A stretch of DNA of 64,000 nt from the human T2T-CHM13v2.0 reference genome, Homo sapiens, in NCBI RefSeq assembly GCF_009914755.1, contig NC_060946.1. The stretch is one strand, 5' to 3'. A model generated the notes under the pieces. It saw only the letters and a program-made list of their open reading frames with translations, ran no database searches and was not told the origin of the DNA. This document shows positions 11,514 through 24,439 of this stretch, one piece after another. Position 1 is the stretch's first letter, and each line of letters opens with the position of its first letter. The position numbers and the translations under genes are program-made.

Positions 11514-14500
11514 CCCCTTGTACCTTCTTAAAAAATACTGCTATTTTCGCTGCTCATGGGTTAACTTGTTGTTTCATTTGAAGCCCCAATTTCCATGCTA
11601 AAGCGAAGCATCATAAGTAGCAGTAGAATCAGCTCATCCTGCATTTGTTTTTCCCCAGCGAGGAGCAATCAATTACCTGAGAGATGTCCGTGGCTGTGGC
11701 TAAACGGTGACCCAACAAGGTGCAATTGGCAAAGTGTCACTTTTATTCATGGCCTCAAATCCGAGAATGGGCTCCCCTGCATTTTAATTATCGGAAAGCA
11801 CTTTCCACCCTTGCTTTAATGAATTATATAAAATTTAAACACATGCAATTATATATTTTATAAATAAAAAGCTGTGGGATTGCCTTGAGGATGCTGCGGC
11901 CACCAGCAGAGCTGTATTTACTTTTGTCGTCCCATCCTCTGTCCCTGCCAGGGTCTCCTGGCCTCCTTCCTTGACCTGCCTGCATCCCTCATTTCATATG
12001 GCCTGGCTCTTCCTCTGTCTCCTTTGAGCTGTGAATATTTAATCATGAGGTGGAGACTCACCCTTTCCTCTGCCTTATCCCGGAGGAGAGTAGGGTGCTG
12101 TGGTTTGGGAGAGAACCCAGCAGCATGCTTCACTCTCTGCCGGACAACTTTCTCTGCAAGGCTGAGGTGCTCCTGATAAGGGCCAGCCCTAAAGCCCCTC
12201 CAGCACTCTCTTCCTCCACACACATCACTCGGAGACCGGCTTTGTCCTCTGGGTCCACAGAGCACCCAGCCACACCATTCTGTTGGGCATTTGTCACCTG
12301 GGAGTCAAAAGAGGCTGTGAATAGCTCCTTTCACCTTCCTCTCTCCTAGAACCCAAGGCCACCACACAGATCCTTACAGGGGCTCCTGGGTGTCACCCAC
12401 ACATTTTTAGATGAACAAATATGATTCTGTGAATGATGGTTTTGTTTGCTAAGAACCAAGACCTGAGGAGGTGTGTTTATCACAATGCATAGGCTCATCA
12501 CCTTTTTGTCTACAGAAAACTTTGTAAATCCATCACCAAAGCATGATACCTCTGCTGAAGCCCAGGGCCAAGTTTCTCCTGGACAGGTGTTCAACAAGGA
12601 GGGAACAAAGCCAGGCCCCAGTGTAGGGTCTAGGCTGGGAGTGGAAGAGACCCCAGTGGCAGGTGGCGTGGGCAGCGTGGGAACGGTATGCGTGGTGGAA
12701 AAATTGCAGGGGGCCTGAGATTATCTTGGCCACACTCTCTAGGCAGCCCAGTGCAGATTCCCAGTCCCCTCTCAGACCTGACATCCACTGTTTCTGCAGA
12801 TACAATTTTGCAAGCGGTCATGGGAGGCACAGAGGGGTCTGGGCCCCAAGAAAACCAGCATTGCTTCATTTTTCCCCTGGAATTATGACTCTGCAGGCAG
12901 AAGGTTGGGGACAGAGTGACGCAGGCCCACGAGGGCCCTTCTGTGGCTTTCTCTATGCAGAAACTTAACAGGGCTTTATTTCCCCATTGTTTATAAGCCT
13001 TTCCAAAGTCACATTCCACAGCCCCCGAGCCATGCCCTGATTCACCCGCTGACCCGCTGCTTTCCCGGGTCGTGGAGGAAGAGAAGTCCCTCAGGTCCTA
13101 CCTCATGCTCCAGCCCTGCGCTTGCTGGGGAGAGATGTCCTGCAGCCTCAGGTCCCTGAACACAGCTTGTTCTGCTTATACAGGGAAACCCTGGCATCGC
13201 ATGCCTGCTAATGTGAGTGAAAGTAATTTCTTCAAAATCACGATAAATAAAAGGTGAAACAATGTTTAAGTCAGAGAGTGGTTAATTGTCTCTCTCTAAC
13301 GAGCAACTGACCTCCAGGGCTCAGCCGCTCCGGGAACTCATTACCCACCACGCTCTGGCAGCGGTGCCGAGCACAGGGGTGAGCCGATGAGGAGAAGGTT
13401 GTCCTGGCCAAGAGTCCAGCGTGGGAGGGACCCTGCTTCCTGCTCCTCCTGGGAAGGTTTCCGGGAGGGGCCGGCTGCTTCCCATTCCTGGGTGTAGATG
13501 CTGTGCTGGGGGCACAGGCTGGGGCAGGAGGTGCAGGGAGCAGACGGCGCGGGTGTGAATTGGAATGAATGACCAACTCTCCAGCAGACTTTTGGTGGCT
13601 GCCCTGTTGAGAAAAGCTGTCCCAGTGGCTGCAGGCTGGTGCCCAACACTGTCTGGTGCTGGTGTCCCTCCCAATCCCTATAGCTGGTATTGAGAGCGTA
13701 TTTATTAAGCACCAGGCACGGGGCTAATACACAGCCCACAAATAAAGCTAAAGACAGAAGGAGGTTCCCGTGGCTGTTTGAATGCTCAGCCGCTCCCCTG
13801 TCATCCAATTTATGAAATGCAAAATCAGCACCACGCTGGCGTCAGTGTGCTGCGCAGACAGTGTGTGCCGCAGTCATCCCACCCTAGACCATTAGGTTTC
13901 CATTTTTCCTCGTATACTATTATTGCTTATCATTTATTAATATGAACCCAAGCGGAATAAAATGATATTACAGCAAGATCTCCATTTCTTGCTATATTCC
14001 AACTAGGTACGTGGTCAGTAAACAAAGTCTCTCTCATTAAGCATTACTGCACTTAGGAGCTATTACCAGTGAGGCACACAGACCCCGCTCCCCCGACACT
14101 GGATTTCATGGTTTCTCGTTTACAGGTGGCCTCTGATGTGGCCTGGAACACCCAGGCCACAGGTCTGTTGAGGGGTTAACAGAAGTGTAGCTCTTGGGAC
14201 CTCTGTAGGCTTCCCAGTGGGGAGGAGGGTGATTTTCAAAGCTCCTCTGAGCAGAGGGAGGTGGGGGATGGAGACACAGGGTCACCTTGTTTGCATAGAC
14301 TGCTCCCCGAGGGAGCCCAGACCTGTCCCCGATCTAGGCACCTGCCTCGGCTATCTGGAAAGTGTAATGCTCTGCAATGTTGGATGTTGAGTGATCGATA
14401 GGGTGATGAGAAATGAGCAAGGGCACAGTGAGAAAAATGCCAGGAGCGGCAGCTGCTCCAGGCTGCGTGGCCCACACAGTGAGCACCGCTGGAGGCCTGC

Positions 14501-16711
14501 TCACGGCTGGTGAGGGGCTGACAGGGATCCTCAGGGACACGCAGTGGGAGGCCGGCTTTGGCCAAAGTGTCTGACTTCGAAAGTTGTAACAGACAAGAAT
14601 GTTCTGCCTCCTGCTCTTGGCAGAAATGGGGATCCATTGACGGGTTTGCTTACTGCACTCTGCGTGCCTATCTGTGACCCCACGTGCCACCCACTCATTT
14701 GCTGTTCCCTGGTGGCCCTCATTCACTACACTCCATCCAGCCTGTTTCTTCAGTGCTGCCCAAGGCCTTATTGGGTAAGGTGGAAGCAAATAATGTCCCC
14801 ACCACGAGGATGGCACATGGAGTCCCAGCCACTCAGGCAGCTCACCTGCTGACCCTTCTGGAGGAGTTGCTCCCATTTACAAGGTTCTTCGTGTAAAACA
14901 TAAGCTCAAATATACACAGGACCCCAAAATAGCCACTCCCCAGATTGAGTGGCATGACTCCCAAGTTTCTTCTCTTGGGGGAAGAGGCCCGGAGACAACT
15001 GGAGTTGACCGTCCTTGAGGCTGTGACATGGCCTCACTCACTGCGAAGAACCAGAAGGAGAGGCAGTCTGCTGTGCTTCCTCCTGCACCAGAGCACAGGT
15101 GCTTGGTTTGTCTTACTTACGTACCTGTCTGAGTGGGGTCTGAGGATGCTCACTTTCTCTGCCCTGTTCCCTCCCTCAGGCCTGGGGAGCAGGCAGCAAG
15201 GAAGCTGGGACCAGCTGGGTGGCAAACAGCCCATACCTTAGGCTCCTCCCTGGAGCCCAGGGTGGCGTCCTAGGATGCTCCAGGCCTTGGACTCTGGGAT
15301 CCTTCCTTCTGATGCCCACATCACAGAGAGGTGGCCCAGCAGCCTGAGGCCAGCAGAGGCTGACACTGCCCAGCCCAAGAGGACCTCTTCACCCCAGGCA
15401 CTACAGGTCAGAGCCAGCTACACCCAAAGATGGGCCCTAGAAAGCCCTCCTGTGACTCTTCTCCAAGACTTGCAATGCTCTGCTGATGAGCACTGAAAAG
15501 TGGGTGCAAATTCTGAATACCTGCATGCATTCTAAACCCTGTTACGGACCAGGTTCTCTGCGTTCTTCTGACAGTATGACCGAGACAAAACCACCTGTAT
15601 GCTTCTCTGATTAAATATCCAGTTGGTGTCTGAGAAGAGGAGAGCCCAGCAGATTTTGATGCCTGCTGCCCATTAGCTGTTAAACTAAGATATTGTTTTT
15701 ATTAGACCTTATCTGAAGAACCAGCCAAGCACGGGTTTTAATGAGAAGCAAAGAGTGAATGAGGCAGCTATAGGACTGTGCATATGAAAATGTAGGAGTG
15801 TCTGATGAAAGGCATGGAAATCTCATGCCCGAAGGATCAACAGTGGCAGGTCACCAGGAAACCGCACGGTTCTGTGCATAGGCTTAATTTTTCCCCCTCA
15901 TCTCAGCCTGCGGTAATATTTTAAGTAGAACCCAATGATACATGAATTCATGTATTTATGCTTTTTTTGCCCATTTGCTAGCCTGTGTTCTTTTTTGGGC
16001 TTTTGTATTTTTCTCCTAAATTCAAAGCTGCATCCTCCACACCCCCACAAGCTTTGGGGAGTGGTTGGTTAGCCATCCTGGCAAGGGTCTTTCTGTCGGT
16101 CTTACCTTCTGACCTGGAACCTGGCTCCCTGGGCTCCCCTTTCCCAGGCCCCTTGCGGGTCTCACCAGTTTGCCTTGAAGGAAGGCAGGTGTGGCAGCAG
16201 CTTCCCCTGGGGTGCCTGCCTCCTACCAGGAGGTATTGCTGGCTCGCCGGAGGCAGCCCCGCGGGGGAGGCTGGGTGTGCAGATGTGCTTCTCCTTTCTC
16301 TCCTACATGGATACCAGCCTTCCAATCCCCTCTTTCAAACCCACCAGGAGCTGTGCAGGCTTTGGGTTCGGCCTTGTCATTGGCTCTGTGCTCCTGCTCA
16401 CTGCTTCTGTATGTGGACTCGACTTCCTGGGTGACAGGATCCCATCCTCCCCGCAGATGGGTCATGGAGCTGCACGCAGGGCCCCAGGACCACACCATCT
16501 GCACATCTGCAGTGGCACCTGGGCCTTCCCCAGAGCAGGGGGAGCTTCGTCCAGCATGGGGACCCTTCAAATCAGAGACTCTATTGAGAATAAAGCAGGC
16601 CCTGGCTCCTTGAGAAGGGCAGGTGGGTGGAGTCTCCAGGGACAGCAGGAAGGGGAGCCATGTGACATCCTTGCAATGTCCCTTTTATTGGCTGACTCCA
16701 AGGTGGTGTTT

Positions 16712-17087
16712 ACACATTGTCTTTGCTCAGCTGCCACAACAATGCACTGCAGACAGGAGGCTTCAAGAACAGACACTTATTTCCTCACAGTGCTGGAGGC
16801 TGGGAGTCCAAGGTCCAGGTGTTGGTTCCTTCCGAGGCCTCTCTCCTCAGCGTGTAGACAGCATTCTCTCTGTGTCCTCATGTGGGAGTCCTTCTGTGTG
16901 TATCTGCATCCTCGTCTCCTCTTCCTATTCAGACACTAGTCAGATGGAAGCAGAGCCCACCCCAAGGATCTCATCTTAATTTAATTTCCTCTTTAAAGAT
17001 CCCGTCTCCAAATACAGTTCCATTCCGGGGCGCTGGAGGTCAGGACATCAACATAGGAACTTAGGGAGCACAATTCACTCCATAATA
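16712..17087 (-). mobile_element. MaLR solo LTR (MLT1A-like)
   Basis: gctgccacaaca...cttatttcctcacagtgctggaggctgggagtccaagg...tctccaaatacag...caattcactccataat. Confidence 0.85.
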
Positions 17088-17622
17088 CACATATAATTAT
17101 TTCCTGAATAATTTTGAGATCGATGCATTCACAGAGTCCTGATTGGGAGACCAGGAGGTCTGTGGCCCGACACCCACTCACAGGGCACACAGCGAGTGCT
17201 GCCACCTGGGTAGAACCAAGAGATCCAGGTGTGGATGCTCCTGCAGCCACCTGGCCCTCGGGCCTCTGCTGTCTTCTTTTCCTCTTGTGCTCCCCAGCCT
17301 CCAATCCTCGGTTCCTACCTGCCCTCACCATTTGCCTCCCCGGACCCCAGGACACAGGGTTGAGGGCCCACGCCATCTCTGTCCATTGAGTCTGTCTGTG
17401 GGACTTGGCTTCAGGTTTAGCACTGGGTCCAGCTCGTGCTTTCGTGAGGGTGCACCATGGCGTCCCAGCTCCAGGATCACTGGGGCCACATCCCACCCCC
17501 TAGAGATTTCCAGTTCCCCAAATCTCAGGGCTCACGGGTGCTCCCAGGACCCCTCCAAAGCAGCTGTGGGCTGTCTTGTGGGATAGTCAGGGGCCATAGC
17601 TGAGACCCCCAGAGGCAGTCAC

Positions 17623-17698
17623 CACAGGGCCCAGCAGAGATTCCAGCCAGCCTCCCTGCACAGGGCCCAGCAGAGACTCCGGCCGGCCTCCCTGCACA
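17623..17698. repeat. 36-bp tandem duplication
   Basis: cacagggcccagcagaga(t/c)tcc(a/g)gcc(a/g)gcctccctg twice. Confidence 0.9.
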
Positions 17699-18096
17699 AA
17701 AAGCGAGGCAGGTATATTTTTATCTGATAGGTTTTAGGAACATTTTTGATAATTTCTAAAGTTAAGGCAGAGAGCCAGGAACACTGGGCAAATGGGACTA
17801 GTGGGGCCGGCCCTGTCAGGCGTTCACAGGGCGCCTCCCAGGCTGGCTCTTCTACTTTGTAAACTGCAAGGAGAAGACGCTGTGAGGAACAAGTCAGCTG
17901 GTGTGTGAATGTGGGCGGCAGTCACTAAAGCAGACTACTGGTCCTTGACACTAACAGTAACCAGGACAGTTTCATGCCAGGGGAGGGGCCACTTAGCCCC
18001 ATCCATTTTGTAGGACTGGCAATTATGCTGATACACAAAGAAGATTTTCACACACCAACATCCATCAGTTAAGAGAATGTGGGAAACAGTATTCGC

Positions 18097-18128
18097 TGAA
18101 TGAATGAATGAATGAATGAATGAATGAA
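18097..18128 (+). repeat. (TGAA)8 microsatellite
   Basis: Direct read. Confidence 0.9.
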
Positions 18129-18224
18129 GTGTCTTAGTCCACATTGGTGAATGCAGGCTCCCTGGGGGAGACTGGGCTCTGTATCCTTAGTATTCATTCT
18201 AAAGTTTTGTGCCTGAGTTTCAGA

Positions 18225-18677
18225 TCCTCTCCCTCCCTCCCCACCTCCCTCTCTCCCTCCCTTCCTCTCTCCCTCCCTCCCTCTCTCTCCCTCCCTTCCT
18301 CTCTCCCTCCCTCCCTCTCTCTCCCTCCCTTCCTCTCTCCCTCCCTCCCTCTCTCTCTATCCCTCCCTCCCTCTCTCTCCCTCCCTTCCTCTCTACCTCC
18401 CTCCCTCTCTCTCCCTCCCTTCCTCTCTCCCTCCCTCTCTCTCTCTCCCTCCATCCCCACCTCCTTCCCTCCCTCTCTCCCTCCCTACCCTCCCCTCCCT
18501 TTCTCCCTTCCTCCCCACCTCCCTCTCTCCCTCCCTCTCTCCCTCCCTCCCTCCTTCTCTCCTTCTCTTCCTCTCTCCCTCCCTCCCTCCCTCTCTCCCT
18601 CCCTCCCTCTCTCCCTCTCTCCTTCTCTCCCTCCCTACCCTCCCCTCCCTCCCTCTCTCCCTCCCTCCCTCCCTCCC
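18225..18677 (+). repeat. CT-rich polypyrimidine low-complexity tract
   Basis: ~450 bp of CCCT/CTCT units with few purines. Confidence 0.95.
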
Positions 18678-20289
18678 AGCAACCATCCTCACTGCTTCTA
18701 GAATCCGCCTGCTCTGTCTTCTTCACCAGCCAGCCTCCTGCCCTCTATGGAGAGGTTTCTGAGGGAGGAGGCAGCAAGGTATTCTTAACAGCCTCAGGGG
18801 AAGGGATTGACTGCAATGTGGAGGGGGGTCCCAGGGCCCCCACGGTCCAGCAGCCCCCACCGTTTTCCTGACCTGGTCTTGGAGCCCCTGGCACCTCACC
18901 AAGGAGCCCGAAGACCATAAGTGGAGCTCGTGGCTGAGTTGGGGCTGTGCTCCGACTCGAGGCTAGTTTTTGAGGATATTTTTCTTAGAGACCCAAATGT
19001 CAGAACTCTGTGTAACTGGCCTGGACTTCCTGAAACTGAAGAGGGTGTGGGCCCTGGAGGGCTCTAAGCATCATTTTATTAGAAAGGGGGATTGTCACCT
19101 TCAAATGGATAAAGGCCATAGGGAGCTTATGCCCACACAAGACTCAAATTCACTTCCTACACGGCAGGTGCCTGGGAGCTGCTCTGCCCAGCCTTCCAGC
19201 TGTGGGTTCTAGGAAGGTCCTGGCCCATCCTCCCACCAGGGGACACATTCTGTGTGCCTCACAGGAGCCCCCCTGAGTCCCAGAGTGGTCCCCTAAAGGC
19301 CAGGAGAGTCAGGAGAACTGTCCCTCACGTCTCCCAGGTGAGGAAACTGAGGCTCCACGAAATGGGACGTGGAGGAGCTGAAGGTGCTTCTCAGGGCGTT
19401 GCAGCCCAGGCCACGCTCTTCAGACGCTTTCTGCTTTTGGCTCCCAGAAAGAGGCACACAAAGGAGAACAGGGCGTTCCTGCCACCAAGGATTGGCCAGG
19501 CTTTCTGGGGAGATGACATGGAGACCCAGCCATGGGGCCAGACCAAGTGTCCCTCAGAGAGGCCTAAGAACCATCCAGGCACCAGACCACAGTTCGTGCC
19601 AAAGCCCACTGCAGAGCTTCAAGTGCCCAGTTCTCCCTTCAGTAAGAAGATCACACTCCAGTCCCCACAGGGCATGCCTGGGGGCAGGCAACAAAGAGGG
19701 AGGTGACATTAGCAACTTGGGAGTTGGGCAGCTCCTGGTGCTGTGGACCCTGGAAGTTGACACAGTGCTCCAGGAGAGGAACAGTTTCCACGCCCAAACA
19801 ACAGGGCCTGGCGCCTTCGCCCCTTTGCTGGACAGAGCCCATCCATGAATCACAGAAACAGAGGCTGCCTGCCACGCCTGCGCCTCCGAGAACCGTCCAA
19901 CTCCCCACCGCTCCAAACGCCCCGGCTCCCTTGACTCCCAGAGCAACTCCCAGGCCTGTGATGAATCACCCGCGTTCTGAGCCACGCACGGGGTTCACAA
20001 ATGGCTAATGGGAAACACCATGCATTCCTTAAAATGCAATCACTGGTCAGCTTGACCGTGCGCCATGAGGCCAGACGGGGTGGGAAGGAGCCCAGAGCCT
20101 TTCCCAGCACCATTTCCAGGTTGGGGGTCTGAGGCTGCAACAGGGGGATGAGGAGGTACCACCGGGGGCCACGGACGGGAACGGTGAGGCTCAGGGGGCT
20201 GTGGTGCTTCCAGGGGACTCTGGAAACCTCATTTTGTCTGTGAGGGGTGGGGGAGTACAGGCCGGCCCTGACCTTGCCCTCCTTGCTGT

Positions 20290-20690
20290 GGATCAGACAC
20301 TCACGCCTTATCTCACAGTCTGCAGGGCAGCAATCGGGCAGGCCCAGCTGGGTTCTCAACTTACAGCCTCACAAACCCCAATCCAGGTGTGGGCCGGGCT
20401 GAGCCCTTGCCGGGAGGGTCTGCAGGAAACCGCTCCATGCTCACTCGGGGTGTGGTGGACCCAGGTCCTGGCAGCCGTGGGTCCCAGGTCCCATTTCCCT
20501 GGTGGCTGTCGGCCCCAGGCCATGCTTTGCCCCTGAAGGCAGCCGGGATTCCTGGCCACAGGGTCCCCTCCCTCCCTGAAGCCCATGGTGGTGAGTCAGG
20601 TCCCTCTCATGCTGTGAGGTTCTGACTTCATCTTCTTCCACCAACTTGAGAAGGCGCTCTCTGCTTTCGAAGGCCCATGCTTAGCAAGGG
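20290..20690 (-). mobile_element. Old MaLR LTR (MLT1E/F-like)
   Basis: ttatctcacagtctgcagggcag...cagctgggttctc...gtccctctcatgct; diverged and GC-shifted. Confidence 0.55.
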
Positions 20691-20800
20691 GCCTCCCTGA
20701 GAGACCCCTGAAGACAGTGCAGAAAAACACACCAAAGAAATGCAGAGAAAAGAACACGCAGGGCCCACCTGCACCCTCCAGGGTCCCTGGGCTACAGGCT

Positions 20801-21180
20801 CTGATGGTTCCTTTCCCGTGTCCACTGGACTGGGCCACAGGGTGCCCAGGCATCTGGTTAAGTGAGATTCTGGGCATTCCTGCGAGGCTGTCTGTGGATG
20901 GAGTTAACATTTGAACTGGGGGACTGAGTATGGCCGATGGCCCTGCCCAGCGTGGGGAGACCTCCAGCCTGGGACCCTGCTCTTCTCCGGCCTTCAGACT
21001 GGAAACCAAGCACCAGCTCTTCCCGGGTTTCTGCTGCCTGCCTCCATGGCAGCAGGAGCCTATTTCCTGTAATACATCTCTACTCACATGTGTGCCTGCA
21101 CACATTTCACACAGATATGTGCCTTAACGTCTCAGACACGGATGGCTTTGCTGCCTCTCCCAGCTCCCTGGAGACAGTGG
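20801..21180 (+). mobile_element. ERVL LTR (MLT2-type)
   Basis: tgatggtt...gtgtccactggactgggccacagggtgcccaggcatctggttaa...gagttaacatttgaa matches the MLT2 5' region. Confidence 0.75.
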
Positions 21181-22291
21181 AGAGAGATAAGCCTGGTCGA
21201 GAGCACAGCCGGCCTCTCGGGACCGTCATGAGCCGCTGGCACCAGGAGCTTGGAGCCCACAACATTCCCTTCCCCTGCAGCAGTGCAAAGGATGAGATTC
21301 TCATCAGCTTGGGAAACCGAGATAAAGCAGGGAGCTCTGGGGAGCAATGCCAGGGGCTTCAGTGTCATTTTGAGCCTATCTCGCCTTCAGCATGGGCAGG
21401 AGCTGCCTGTGAGAGTCCCAGCCCACTGGTCTGTCTCTGCCCCCCAGGGCCTGCACTCGGAAGGGGCTCAGGAAAGCTTGAGGAATTGATGGGACCCATG
21501 TGAGCAGCATCCTTGGGTGGCCAAACCACCCAGGAGGGACCCAACTGGGGACACGGACCCGAAGGTGTGGCCCCTTCATGGCACCCCAACTCCCGGGCCC
21601 AGCCTCACGTCTCCACAAAGAACAGGAATGGTGGAGGCTCAGCCCTCCCTCTGCCTCCACAGCCAGCCCAGGGGGAGACAGTGCCGGTGGGAGCTGTGGT
21701 TCTTTAACAGGACAAGTGCACAGCCTCCTGGGCACAGCAGCCGCCCCGGGCTGCACCGTGATGTCTCCCGGCCATGACACCCCGTTTTATTCACTTCTAC
21801 TTTGCAGCTCCGTGTTCAGCCCTGTGCAGGTGGCACTGATAGGACTAACAGCACTGGAAGATTTAGCTCACAGATCAGTGTCATTGCGTTCCATCATCTC
21901 TCCATGTTGTTCACTTTCCTACAACGCTCTTTCCAGCTGATATCATTCTATAGCTTACGGATTGAGAATTCTTATACTCTTACTTTAGACAACGGGATAC
22001 TATGTTGTCCAGGAGAAATTCCGGTGAAAATGCAGAGAGTTCCAGGCAAAAGGGATTTTGTGGTTTTTGTTTGTTTGTTTTGGGGTTTTCTTGGCCAAAA
22101 CCATTATGGACTAATTAAAGGAAATGCGCTTTTATGGTGTGGGAACTCTCTTTTCTGTAACGGTCGCAATTCTTCCCTTTTCTTTTAGGTGATGGAGGCC
22201 CTGAAAGGCCTGGTTTTGGGAGAGAAATGTGAGTTTTTCTTTTTATTTTCTCCTCGGACTTGATCACATTGAAGCATAATGCTTGGGTGGT

Positions 22292-22610
22292 GCCGGCCCC
22301 TTCCCAGGAAGTCACTGAGCTCCTCGCAACTCCGTCCCCACCCCTGGAGGTTACTGAGCTTTGCACGACACCAGCCCCTTCCCAGGAGGTGACCAGAGCT
22401 TCTCGCAACACCGGCCCCTTCCCAGGAGGTCACTGAGCTTTGCACGATGCTGGCCCCTTCCCAGGAGGTCACTGAGCTTCTCGCGACTCCAGCTCCTTCC
22501 GAGGAGGTCACTGAGCTTTGCACGATGCCGGCTCCTTCTCAGGAGGTCACCAGAGCTTCTCGTGACTCCAGCCCCTTCCCAGGAGGTCACTGAGCTTCAC
22601 ACGACGCTAG
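22292..22610. repeat. Minisatellite, 8 x 39-40 bp, alternating A/B units (78-bp dimer)
   Basis: Core ggccccttcccaggaggtcactgagct followed alternately by tctcgc(a/g)ac and ttgcacga(c/t). Confidence 0.92.
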
Positions 22611-23719
22611 CTCTGTCCAAGTCGGGGTCCCTGTGCCCCTAGGTTTCCGGTCACCGGGAGAGCTGTCTGTCGCGCCATAAGCTGGAGGTGCGCAGGAGGA
22701 TAGAAATAGAAACTCCTCATCCAGCCGGGCCAGGGCACTGACAGCCACAGCGATGTCCACGGTGTAATGGTCACGGACTCCGTCCCCAAATTAGCCCATT
22801 TTTTACAAAGACGATAATGGGGGGCGGTTCTCTGTGAAATGGAGCCCTCCATTTCGGCCGCTCCCGCGTCAGGCCCAAAATAGGTGCCTGCTGGTCATCA
22901 CTTCTGCGATCATGCTTTCATCTCCACTCAATTACGTCGCCTCCGCGTACTTCTGGGCTGCTGGTTTATCATGTAAGAATATAATTTAAAAGTGATCCGC
23001 CCCTCACTTTCCATATTTAGAAAAAAATTAAGTAAAAAGTAATGAATGCCACCCATCTCTCGACAATCACACGTAAAAACCTTTCAATTCTTCATGGAAG
23101 ACGCAGAGATGAGCCTGGAAGTCAGGGCGGCTGTAGCTGACATCAGGTCTGTACTCACATTAGCCAGCAAACCCACCGTCAGGAGGCCAGCTCGGCTTGT
23201 TAAGTGGAGCTGGGGTGATATTGCCCTGATCCACGATAATGAATTCATATTTTAAATGCATTTTCAATTTAGGATGTATTTTAAAGCAATTTGCAATTTG
23301 TAGACAACTGTAAATCAGAGCATTAAATTAATCACGTAATGAATATGGTGGAGCCATTTTTGTAAGGCAAAGCAGTTTATTTACCTTTGTCTTTATGGGG
23401 TGAGCAGACCCTGCACTTTGGAAATGAATAAAAAGCTCTGTATTTAAAACACAGTAGCTCCGAGTCAGACTCCACTGACCTGTCCATTTATAATTCACAT
23501 CGAAGGCATCTCTCCCCAGGGAAGAAGGAAACTGTAGCTACACAGCTGCTAGTTCCGCACCCACTGGGTTTAGGTCTCCATCGGTTGTGGGGGCAGTCAT
23601 AGCCCAGGAAGGCATGACTCAGCTGCCAGCCCAAGCCAAGTTACTTTGTATGAAGGTCTCTTTCATGTCAAGCTGTGTCCTCACTTTTGGTTACACAGCA
23701 TCAGTGGGAGTCCATCTCC

Positions 23720-23837
23720 CCTGGGCTGTGAGGTGCCAGAAACAGGGGCTCTCTGTCCTCCACTCTCTCTCCACTGTCTCCACAGTGACTCTCCACTGTC
23801 ACTGTGGCCTGGCACATGACTGGGCCAATGGCATTAA
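23720..23837 (+). mobile_element. L2 3' end fragment
   Basis: ctgtgaggtgccagaaacagggg...gcctggcacatga...aatgaatg leads into a TGGA array. Confidence 0.5.
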
Positions 23838-24418
23838 ATGAATGGATGGATGGATGGATGGATGGATGGATGGATGGATGGATGAGCAGGTGTGTAGATG
23901 GATGGATGGATGGATGGATGGATGGATGGATGGATGGATGGATGGGCGGGTGTGTAGATGGATGGATGGATGGATGGATGGATGGATGGATGGATGGATA
24001 GATGGATGGATGGATAAATGGATGGAAGGAAGGAAGGATGGATGGATGGATGGATGGATGGATGGATGGATGGATGGATGGCTAGATGGATGGATGGATA
24101 AATGGATGGAAGGAAGGAAGGATGGATGGATGGATGGACACATGGATGGATGGACAGATGGATGGATGGATGGATGGATGGATGGATGGATGGATGGATG
24201 GGTGTGTAGATGAATGGATGGATGAGTGGGTGTGTAGATGAATGGATGGACGAATGAATGAATGGATGGATAGATAGATGGATGGAGGGATAAATGGATG
24301 GAAGGAAGGATGGATGGATGGATGGACAGATGGATGGATGGACGGATGGATGGATGGATGGACAGATGGATGGTTGGATGGATGGATGGATGGATGGATA
24401 AATAAATGAATGGATGAA
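23838..24418 (+). repeat. (TGGA)n compound microsatellite, ~580 bp
   Basis: GGAT array with recurring gggtgtgtagat and ggaaggaagg interruptions. Confidence 0.97.
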
Positions 24419-24439
24419 TACTTGAGTAGCCACATAAAC

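Noticed and set aside
16175-16939. 254-aa ORF
   Set aside because: Non-ATG start, runs into an MLT1 LTR, no recognisable domain; expected by chance in GC-rich DNA.
18144-18871. Pro/Ser/Leu-rich and Gly/Arg/Glu-rich ORFs
   Set aside because: Translation of the CT-rich low-complexity tract.
22292-22610. CRISPR-like look of regularly spaced repeats (also 41715-42068 and 55847-56225)
   Set aside because: Units are contiguous tandem copies with no unique spacers, there are no cas genes, and the context is primate.
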